DNA from: Paenibacillus profundus
Lineage (GTDB): Bacteria > Bacillota > Bacilli > Paenibacillales > Paenibacillaceae
Direction: 5' to 3'
Length of the DNA stretch: 24,000 bases
NCBI RefSeq assembly: GCF_021369635.1
Contig: NZ_JAJNBZ010000003.1
Coordinates: forward strand, 1-24,000
In this document: positions 17,599-24,000 of the stretch, in pieces
Layout: each line of letters starts with the position of its first letter
How positions within the stretch are numbered: the first letter of the stretch is position 1
Position numbers and translations under genes: made by a program
The notes under the pieces: model-generated
Seen by the model: only the letters and a program-made list of their open reading frames with translations
Told to the model about the DNA's origin: nothing
Database searches by the model: none

Positions 17599-17646
17599 GG
17601 CTCACTCCATTTCATTGTTGTTCGAACTTGCTGTTCTTCCGCCAAG

Positions 17647-17661
17647 TGCAAGCGGTTACAT
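17647..17661 (-). promoter_or_regulatory. cre (CcpA) site candidate in the leader of the isomerase/oxidoreductase operon
   Basis: Minus strand aTGTAACCGCTTGCA matches all fixed positions of WTGNAANCGNWNNCW. It lies about 25-40 nt downstream of a TATAAT hexamer (17690-17685) and about 50 nt upstream of the first start codon. Confidence 0.55.
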
Positions 17662-17919
17662 GTCAGATGTAATGTCTCCTCTTCATTATAGGTAAGTCCT
17701 CCCCGCGCACATTGCACTATTTTCCACAATTGTTGGACTTTCTTACACAAATGAAGCCAACCTGTGCGAAACAGCGCCAGGATTCCCCAAATCGCAGGAA
17801 AGATAAAGAGATTATAATCATCCGGAGAACATTTCCCCGAAGGACCATAACCTCTTTACGGTACGTAATTAACATATTATTTTGCCAAAAGCGCCACCGC
17901 GACAATAACGCTTGAGCGA

Positions 17920-19152
17920 TTAACCGCGCGACAACTCCCCTGCCACGATCCGGCCCTGGAACAGGACGGCTGGACGCTTCGAGCATCGGGCTACAGCCTC
18001 TGCCGAGCAGCTTGCTTCGACGAACACCGCATCGGCCGGAGCACCGACCAGAGGCCACACCTGTTTGCCTGTCTGATCGAGCGGCATAGCGCCACCCGTA
18101 ATGAAGCCGAGGACGCGGGACAGCGCATATTCATCAGTGTAATGATACAGCTCCGCTACGAGCTTCGCCTTCTGCAGCATATCCCCCGTACCGAACGGAG
18201 ACCAGTGGTCGGTGATGCTGTCGTTGCCCAACTCGACGCGAACCCCCTTGTCACGGAGCATCGGTATCGGCATGTGAACTGCGCCGATTGGCACGGTTGA
18301 GGCAACAGAAATACCAAGCTTAGCGAATCGTTCCGCCAATTCCGTCCCTTGCGCAGGAGCCATGCCCGCGAAGCCGAACGCATGACTGACGGTTACCCGC
18401 CCCTGCCAACCTGCCTGCTCCGTCATATCGGCCAGCTTGTTCATCGTATATAGGCCCAGTTGGTTGCGCTCATGGAGGTGAAGGTCAATGCCCGCGTCGA
18501 ATTCCACCGCGATGTCCATCAGCGTCGCAAGCGACTTCTCGATGTTATCATCGACGACCGCAGGATCGACCGCTCCAACATGAGTCGCGCCCAGACGCAT
18601 CGCTTCCTTCACGCGATTGACGGAAGCGGACTTAAGAAGCCCATGCTGCGGGAAGGCAACAGTCTCTGCCGTCAGCTTGCCCTTATATTCCTCCAGCACT
18701 TCCAGCGTAAGCTCCATATTCTTTGTCTCGATGACCGGATCCACATTCGTATGGGTGCGAACATGAGTCGCGCCATGACCGATAATCAGATCCAGCATCG
18801 CGGCCGCACGATCCTTGAGGGTAGCCAACTGCTTCGGCAGCAGTTCCTGCTCCTCTGCCAGACGGTCGAAGATGCTTGCTGCCGGCTGCACAGCCTTCCA
18901 AGGCCCTCCGTAATAGGTCTTGTCGATATGGATGTGCATCTCCCGGAAAGCCGGCAGCATAAGCAGTCCATTCGCATCGATCTGCGGCAGGCCATCCTGG
19001 GGCAATCGGTCTGCAGGCTCGATGGCAGCGATAATGCCCTCCTCGACGCGCAAGTGATGGAGAGCAGTCTCTGTTCCTAAAATCCGTCCTTGTTCCGTAT
19101 GGAAGCCTGTTTCCAATCTGACATTGGTCAACCAATTTGTCGCAGCATTCAT
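17920..19152 (-). CDS. Amidohydrolase-superfamily protein, cytosine-deaminase-like (COG0402-type)
   Basis: Metal-binding HxH motif in a CodA-like context (LPAFREMHIHIDKTYYGG), with later H and D ligands. SD AAGGAGG lies 8 nt before ATG 19152. The track N-terminal extension to 19242 overlaps the ankyrin gene. Confidence 0.8.
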   Translation of the reverse strand: MNAATNWLTNVRLETGFHTEQGRILGTETALHHLRVEEGIIAAIEPADRLPQDGLPQIDANGLLMLPAFREMHIHIDKTYYGGPWKAVQPAASIFDRLAEEQELLPKQLATLKDRAAAMLDLIIGHGATHVRTHTNVDPVIETKNMELTLEVLEEYKGKLTAETVAFPQHGLLKSASVNRVKEAMRLGATHVGAVDPAVVDDNIEKSLATLMDIAVEFDAGIDLHLHERNQLGLYTMNKLADMTEQAGWQGRVTVSHAFGFAGMAPAQGTELAERFAKLGISVASTVPIGAVHMPIPMLRDKGVRVELGNDSITDHWSPFGTGDMLQKAKLVAELYHYTDEYALSRVLGFITGGAMPLDQTGKQVWPLVGAPADAVFVEASCSAEAVARCSKRPAVLFQGRIVAGELSRG

Positions 19153-19171
19153 GATGAATTCCTCCTTGTTG

Positions 19172-19963
19172 TTATCGTTCCAGCTTGCCGCCGGCTTGCT
19201 CCAGCATATTGGCAATCTCCGTGAAGCCGCGTTCACGCGCATGGGCTAACGCCGTCACCCCTTTGCTGTCCGGAATGTTCACATCTGCTCCATGCTCGAT
19301 GAGAAGCTTCACCGCCTGCTGATGCTCCTTCCCGCCGCTGCCGAGCACGATCGCTTCCATCAAGGCGGTCCAGCCGAGATTATTCACATGGTTGACACCC
19401 ACATCCGACTCCGTTAGCAGGTACTTGATCACGTCAAGATGCGCATGCTCTGCCGCCGGAATGAGCGCCGTCCCGCCAAAGCGGTTCGTCAGCTTCGTGT
19501 CCGCTCCCGCCTCGATCGTCAGCTTCAGAATGTCGAACAATCCCTCCGCTCCCGCGTACAAGTATGGATTGTCCTTGTTGTGAGCCTGAATATTAATGTC
19601 AGCGCCGTGATCGATGAGCGACTTGACCGTCTTCGGGTAATTGCCGAGCGTTGCCAGCATGGCCGGGGTCCGGCCGCTGCCGTCCTGCGCATTAACGTCG
19701 GCCCCATCCTTAATAAGCCGGCTCACGTCTGCCGTCTTGCCCTTTTTGGCAGCATCCAGCAAAGCGTCGTTCAAAGCTCCCACATCCTTCCCGCCGAGCT
19801 CCTTGTTCAGCCTTGTTTCCGTCACCTGCTCATGCTTCGGACCGGCATTGCGATCATTGTTCGGTTTTACTTGAGTCTGGGCCCCGGAACGATTCTTGTC
19901 TGGATCGTCGGCACATCCCGAGAACATAAGAATCGACAGAGCCAATGCCATCACGCGCAGCAT
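19172..19963 (-). CDS. Ankyrin-repeat lipoprotein
   Basis: Signal peptide with lipobox MFSGC, followed by about 5-6 ankyrin repeats (G.TPLM.A...G....V..LI..GADVN pattern). SD GGGGGGA. It ends 19 nt before the amidohydrolase start. Confidence 0.8.
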   Translation of the reverse strand: MLRVMALALSILMFSGCADDPDKNRSGAQTQVKPNNDRNAGPKHEQVTETRLNKELGGKDVGALNDALLDAAKKGKTADVSRLIKDGADVNAQDGSGRTPAMLATLGNYPKTVKSLIDHGADINIQAHNKDNPYLYAGAEGLFDILKLTIEAGADTKLTNRFGGTALIPAAEHAHLDVIKYLLTESDVGVNHVNNLGWTALMEAIVLGSGGKEHQQAVKLLIEHGADVNIPDSKGVTALAHARERGFTEIANMLEQAGGKLER

Positions 19964-20233
19964 CAGGCTTCCCCCCTTCTGTTATCGGGATTTTCCTTTA
20001 TGCTACCACGAAAAAAAATATACGAAAAATATTTACATAATTCGTTCCTCATATGATTCTGATATGGAGGTCTGTATGGTTGACACACACCTGGGTCGAT
20101 TCTTCGGGCTAAAAAGTGGACAGTATCCCCCTTGGCTCATCCATTGGATCAAATACAGCCTACACGACGTTTATCCGATCAATCCCTCCTTTCCGCTGTA
20201 CATTTTCCAACACGGCTACCGTTCGAATTGCAT

Positions 20234-22261
20234 TCACCGCGAGCTCTCTGCCGTTGTCCCGGCTCCTAAATAATGCTGAAGGTGCTTTTTATTGATTTTA
20301 ATGCGCTGCTTTTCAATGAACACACCGACATTTCCCTTGGTGTCTTCTTCTTCACAGACGATGCCCTCACGCTTCAGATAAGAAACATATACGCTGTCGC
20401 CGGCTTCGAAGCGCTTGTTGACGGGAACACTGACCGACGGTTCGCCTGCTTGCTCCTCCGGCGCATCGGCAGTAGACGCTTGAGCCATCAAGGTTGAGGA
20501 ACCAGGCTGCGCGATTGCCACTCCGTCGAGGTATTCTGCTAATTCCGCCATCATCGGTTCCGCATATGGCCGCTCCGCAATAGGCACTGCTCCCATGTCA
20601 ATCGTGTCTTGAGACTGCTGAACTGGGCTCGCTTGCCAACTGTGACCATCGGGCTTCGCTCCGGCCGCTTCCGCTGACTTGCCTTCGCCTCCGGCCACGC
20701 CGTTCCCAAGCGGCAATGAGGCAGCTCCAAGCTCCTTCCTGCCTGCCGTAATTTCCTCCGATCGGGCAATGATAGCGGGAGAGATGCCCAGCTTCTGCGC
20801 GATGAGGAACGCGTAGCTATGTCCCGCTTCCCCGATGCGAAGCTGATAGAGCGGCTGCAGCGTAGCGGAATCGAACTCCATGCGGGCATTTTCGAATCCC
20901 GGAGCAAGCGCCGCATAATTTTTAATTTCATTGAAGTGCGTCGTCACCATTACAGTAGTCCCTCTGCGATGCAATTCTTCCAATATTGCTATCGACAGCG
21001 CGACGCCTTCGCCCGGATCGGTCCCGGACGCCATTTCGTCGATGAGGATAAGCGTTGAATCATCAGCATAGCTCAGCATGTCTATTATATTTTTAATGTG
21101 CGCGGAAAAGGTGCTGAGCGATTGCTCAATGCTCTGTCCGTCTCCGATGTCTGCCGCCACATGCTTGAATACCGCAAAGGTGCTTCGTTCCTCTACCGGT
21201 ACCAGCAGACCGGATTGAGCCATCAGCGTGAGCAGTCCAACCGTCTTCAAAGCAACTGTCTTCCCGCCAGTATTTGGCCCGGTAATTATCAGCGTTCGGT
21301 ACCCGCGTCCAATGCGGAATGTGAGCGGAACGGTGTCGCGGCCAAGCAGCGGATGCTTGCCTCCGCGAATGTCGACAACCCCTTCAATGTTCAGTCCCAC
21401 GTTGCGTCCGCCGATGGCAAGACCGTATTTTGCTTTGGCGAACAAGTAATCATACGTCCCGACCGTCTCCACATTCGAATTCAGTTCACGGGCATGCTGC
21501 TCCATGAGGTCGGTCAATTCGCTAAGCACTTTCGCCTCTTCTCTCGCTTCGTCCGCTCGCAATCCCGCCTGCTCATGCTGCATATGCGCAATTTCAGCCG
21601 GTTCCATGTATACGGTCTGACCGCTCGCCGATTCGTCCAGCGAGTTGCCTTTGAATTGCTTGCGGAACTCTTTCTTAATCGGGAGCACATAACGTCCTCC
21701 ACGCATGCTGACCAGATTCTCCTGCAGCAGCGTGCGGTATCTGCTCATTAAAGCTTCGATTTTGGACTTGATGCGATTTTCAACGGCGGCAAGCTTCTTC
21801 CGGATTTTGCTTAAGTCCTTGCTTGCCTCATCAGCGACCCGTCCATTGTGAATGCAACGTTCGATTTCGGATCTCAGCTTATCCAAATCATGCATGGATG
21901 CCGCATAGCCGCTCACCGTCGGAGCAATCTCGCTTTTGGCGATCATATACCTTCTAAGCTGGGCACAGCTTCGCAAAAACAAAAGGGTATGCGTAAAATC
22001 CGATTCGTTGAACATATATCCAGTCCCGAGCAGAGACCGCACCGGCTCGATTCCTTGCAAAGATGGCAGCGGCACGCTGGCCCCCTGCATGAGAAGGGTG
22101 TGCGCTTCCGCGGTTTCGTCAAGCGCCTTGCGTATTGCGTTCAAATCCGTCATAGGCTCCATCTTCTCGACGTGCTGTCTGCCCAAATAGGAGACGGCAT
22201 TTTCCATGACGCGCTCTTTGATTCTGTCGTACTCCAAACGCTGCAGCATTTTGTTATTCAT
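20234..22261 (-). CDS. MutS2-family ATPase paralogue lacking the Smr domain
   Basis: MutS2-like N-terminal and core region. Walker A is GPNTGGKT, Walker B is LILIDEMASGTDPGEG, and TTHF is present. A low-complexity linker of roughly 110 aa (A/G/P/E/S-rich) leads to a KOW-like tail (FEAGDSVYVSYLKREGIVCEEE..GNVGVFIEKQRIKINKKHL). No Smr (LDLHG-type) motif before the stop. SD AAGGAG lies 8 nt before ATG 22261. Confidence 0.8.
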   Translation of the reverse strand: MNNKMLQRLEYDRIKERVMENAVSYLGRQHVEKMEPMTDLNAIRKALDETAEAHTLLMQGASVPLPSLQGIEPVRSLLGTGYMFNESDFTHTLLFLRSCAQLRRYMIAKSEIAPTVSGYAASMHDLDKLRSEIERCIHNGRVADEASKDLSKIRKKLAAVENRIKSKIEALMSRYRTLLQENLVSMRGGRYVLPIKKEFRKQFKGNSLDESASGQTVYMEPAEIAHMQHEQAGLRADEAREEAKVLSELTDLMEQHARELNSNVETVGTYDYLFAKAKYGLAIGGRNVGLNIEGVVDIRGGKHPLLGRDTVPLTFRIGRGYRTLIITGPNTGGKTVALKTVGLLTLMAQSGLLVPVEERSTFAVFKHVAADIGDGQSIEQSLSTFSAHIKNIIDMLSYADDSTLILIDEMASGTDPGEGVALSIAILEELHRRGTTVMVTTHFNEIKNYAALAPGFENARMEFDSATLQPLYQLRIGEAGHSYAFLIAQKLGISPAIIARSEEITAGRKELGAASLPLGNGVAGGEGKSAEAAGAKPDGHSWQASPVQQSQDTIDMGAVPIAERPYAEPMMAELAEYLDGVAIAQPGSSTLMAQASTADAPEEQAGEPSVSVPVNKRFEAGDSVYVSYLKREGIVCEEEDTKGNVGVFIEKQRIKINKKHLQHYLGAGTTAESSR

Positions 22262-22286
22262 TGTTTTAGCTCCTTTAGAGTTTAGT

Positions 22287-22335
22287 AAAAAAATAAAAAA
22301 AAGGCAGAAGAAATGCGTAGATCGCATTCTCTGCC
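22287..22335 (-). terminator. Strong rho-independent terminator (T2) immediately upstream of the mutS2-like SD
   Basis: Minus strand: GGCAGAGAATGCG-atcta-CGCATTTCTTCTGCC followed by T8-A-T7. Confidence 0.8.
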
Positions 22336-22420
22336 TTTCGTTATACCTGCCTCAGATATACGTACCGACAAGCCGTAACGGTATAGCTGTCCTGCTAAGG
22401 ACGTACCGTTACAAGACTAT

Positions 22421-22450
22421 AAACAAAAAAACGTGCTGAAAAACAGCACG
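22421..22450 (-). terminator. Rho-independent terminator (T1)
   Basis: Minus strand: CGTGCTG-ttttt-CAGCACG followed by TTTTTTTGTTT. Confidence 0.7.
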
Positions 22451-22499
22451 GAGTCGGCTCGTATAGAGGCTAGATCTCGGGCGTTGGATGATATCCGCT

Positions 22500-22612
22500 G
22501 TTCTTAACTAAATCCAGAGGCTCGTTAACGGTATAAGAAAATAAACGTCAGCTATAACGCTGCATTTTAATCGTCAACTTAACCTCGATATGGAATTTGA
22601 TTAGTTAAGAAC
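22500..22612 (-). ncRNA. Structured leader element: 113-nt extended hairpin with three nested helices, class unknown
   Basis: P1 is GTTCTTAACTAA (22612-22601) paired with TTAGTTAAGAAC (22511-22500), 12 perfect bp. GAGGTT (22586-81) pairs with AGCCTC (22522-17). GTTGACG (22578-72) pairs with CGTTAAC (22530-24). I recognise no match to a known riboswitch or T-box signature. Confidence 0.45.
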
Positions 22613-22624
22613 GCTTACCAACAT
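22601..22624 (-). CDS. 7-codon upstream ORF (MLVSVLN) candidate leader peptide
   Basis: SD AAGGGGAG (22638-22631), 6 nt, then ATG TTG GTA AGC GTT CTT AAC TAA. Codons 5-7 and the stop codon form the 5' strand of helix P1. Confidence 0.3.
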   Translation of the reverse strand: MLVSVLN

Positions 22625-22655
22625 CAAGTTCTCCCCTTAATTGAATAATATCCCA

Positions 22656-22685
22656 ATCATACTAAATAATTATATGTTGCGTCAA
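22656..22685 (-). promoter_or_regulatory. Sigma-A type promoter candidate for the leader RNA
   Basis: Minus strand TTGACG (22685-22680), 18-nt spacer, TATGAT (22661-22656). It lies 35 nt downstream of the AraC-2 stop. Confidence 0.5.
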
Positions 22686-22719
22686 GTGATTGCCTCTCCA
22701 TATATGGCAGAAACGCTTC

Positions 22720-23688
22720 CTACGGTTGGCTCAATCCGTTAATCGGCGGCGCTTTCTTCTTGTATTGCGAAGGAGATACGCCAGTATGCCGCTTGAACAT
22801 GCGCGAGAAATACGCCAAATCATTGAAGCCGACGCCGAAGCAGATTTCCGTCACGGACATATCAGTTTCCACGAGCCATTCCGCTGCCTTGCGTACACGG
22901 AAATCAATCAAATAATCGTTAAAGGTTTTGCCTGTAAACCGTTTGAACAAGTAGCAAAAATACGTCTTCGACAAATTAAACTGCCGGCACAAACGCTCGA
23001 GCCGCAGCTCTTCCGCAAAATGCACATGAATATACTCCGTCACTGTGGTCATCAAATCGCGGTATTTCTCCACGCGATCGTCTTCCTCACTCGGTTTGTC
23101 GGCCAATTTCGTGTACTCGCGGATAATGACGGACAGCAGCTTCAAGAGGTTGGCTTTTAAGACCAATTCGAAATAACGCTTCGATTGACGATACTCCGCC
23201 AGCATCTCCTCAAGCAGACGGCTGACCTCCATATCTGCCTCGCCTGTGAGCACCACCTTCGGCGTAATCTGCTCCTCGTCGATAAGAAACTGCTCCAAAT
23301 AGGAGAAATCAAAGCAATCCTTGCTCCAATCCGCCTTCTCAAAACGCTCGTTAATAAAATGAGGCAGAAACTCGCAGCCGATGACTTCCATATCCTGACC
23401 AGGGATCATTTCGACGCGATGCACGGCAAACGGCGGAATGACAAACAAATTGCCTTTGACCATATTATACGTTCGGTGATTGATCGTATGCTTGAATTCA
23501 CCTTTCAGCACATACCAAATCTGTATGTAATCGTGCGTATGATCCCAGATGCTTCCGGTCGATTGATCCAATTTGTACATTTTACAAGGCAGATGAGCCT
23601 CCAGCTCTTGTTCCGAATGAAAAACGATGACATCGTTCGTTGTGCGAGAGGGGCCTTTGTCGCGCCTCACGTCATGTGACATGTTCAT
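22720..23688 (-). CDS. AraC/XylS-family regulator with cupin domain, paralogue of the 3531-4475 gene
   Basis: Collinear with the first AraC protein; roughly two-thirds of residues look identical by eye (HTHDYIQIWYVLKGEF.HTIN, VIPPFAVHRV, GCEFLPHFI, GFNDLAYFSRMFKRHTGVSPSQY). The start is ambiguous: GTG 23691, ATG 23688 or ATG 23682. Confidence 0.85.
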   Translation of the reverse strand: MNMSHDVRRDKGPSRTTNDVIVFHSEQELEAHLPCKMYKLDQSTGSIWDHTHDYIQIWYVLKGEFKHTINHRTYNMVKGNLFVIPPFAVHRVEMIPGQDMEVIGCEFLPHFINERFEKADWSKDCFDFSYLEQFLIDEEQITPKVVLTGEADMEVSRLLEEMLAEYRQSKRYFELVLKANLLKLLSVIIREYTKLADKPSEEDDRVEKYRDLMTTVTEYIHVHFAEELRLERLCRQFNLSKTYFCYLFKRFTGKTFNDYLIDFRVRKAAEWLVETDMSVTEICFGVGFNDLAYFSRMFKRHTGVSPSQYKKKAPPINGLSQP

Positions 23689-23846
23689 CACCCTGTCAGT
23701 CTATTAAGATTCGTCTAAATGCACTATACTGCTAATAGCCCCCTGTTGCATTAACGCTTTGGGCATGCACTTCATTGTATTCTTCACGCAGGAATTAAAT
23801 CCTCTAAACGTACAATCTAAAAGGAAACATTTTGGAGGTAGATAAC

Positions 23847-24000
23847 TTGGACATCAAAATCAAATCATTAAACGTCGCCCTGCCGCATGATTGCTTGGAA
23901 CACAACGGAAAGCCGGTCCTGTCGGGTATGGTGAAGCTGCCGGTATCCGAACCGACGTATCTTCACCCACTCGGGTTCGACGGCGATGGCCAAGCCGACA
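23847..24000 (+). CDS. MOSC-domain protein (YiiM-like), 5' part only, runs off the window
   Basis: SD GGAGG lies 8 nt before TTG 23847. The translation LDIKIKSLNVALPHDCLEHNGKPVLSGMVKLPVSEPTYLHPLGFDGDGQAD resembles YiiM/MOSC N-termini (..L.GD.QAD). Confidence 0.6.
   Translation, partial: MDIKIKSLNVALPHDCLEHNGKPVLSGMVKLPVSEPTYLHPLGFDGDGQAD

Noticed and set aside
17717-18058. 113-aa minus-strand ORF and an embedded 44-codon ORF in the 320-bp leader of the sugar operon
   Set aside because: It overlaps the 3' end of the amidohydrolase gene out of frame. The internal ATG has AGAGG only 2 nt upstream. The composition is unconvincing.
20100-20280. Possible frameshifted C-terminal extension of the mutS2-like gene (+1 frame ..DNGRELAVNAIRTVAVLENVQRKGGIDRINVV)
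   Set aside because: The alternative frame stays open for only about 40 codons and contains no Smr-type motif. I cannot support it without homologue alignment, so it appears only as a refutation test.
22511-22522. AATCCAGAGGCT, resembling the PyrR-binding loop (UCCAGAGAGGCU)
   Set aside because: It lies on the plus strand, opposite to both terminators and the promoter, and lacks the internal AG. No pyr genes are nearby. It is simply the complement of one of the leader helices.
22450-22650. Possible T-box, yybP-ykoY (AAGGGGAG...) or other known riboswitch in the mutS2-like leader
   Set aside because: There is no T-box sequence (AGGGUGGNACCGCG) and no second conserved yybP half. I can recognise no other class signature, so it is left as an unknown class pending an Rfam search.

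Overview
The gene content and strong GGAGG-type ribosome-binding sites (SDs) suggest a chromosomal window from a Paenibacillus-like Bacillales genome; this is inference, since no search was possible. Most genes are on the minus strand. Left to right: (1) a trehalose PTS locus, treP-treA, with a sigma-A promoter, two TreR-type operators and a cre site. treR lies upstream, and a separately terminated AraC/cupin regulator sits between treR and treP. (2) A small membrane-protein gene that looks frameshifted in a TA-repeat. It is divergent from a yjdF/DUF2992 gene preceded by a long leader that sequesters the SD, a candidate yjdF-class riboswitch. (3) DUF2268 putative Zn-protease and ynfA. (4) A visibly AT-richer stretch (about 8.1-11.0 kb) with an EamA/DMT transporter, a scrambled spacer, and a two-gene unit: a 42-aa zinc-ribbon micro-ORF (absent from the ORF track) plus a 348-aa orphan protein. 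(5) A soluble chemoreceptor combining a HemAT-like globin sensor, an MCP signalling domain and a C-terminal CZB zinc-binding domain. (6) An M1-peptidase-like lipoprotein whose HExxH motif has degenerated. (7) A cre-controlled three-gene cluster: TIM-barrel isomerase, Gfo/Idh/MocA oxidoreductase, TIM-barrel isomerase. (8) An ankyrin-repeat lipoprotein paired with a cytosine-deaminase-like amidohydrolase. (9) A MutS2-family ATPase lacking the Smr domain. It is preceded by an unusual roughly 400-nt leader with a promoter, a 7-codon uORF embedded in a 12-bp helix, nested helices and two tandem intrinsic terminators. (10) A second AraC/cupin paralogue, divergent from a partial MOSC-domain gene. I saw no rRNA, tRNA, CRISPR array or clear mobile element. 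The best candidate for something undescribed is the uORF/terminator leader coupled to the Smr-less MutS2 paralogue, followed by the zinc-ribbon plus orphan pair. All family assignments come from motif recognition by eye, not from searches.
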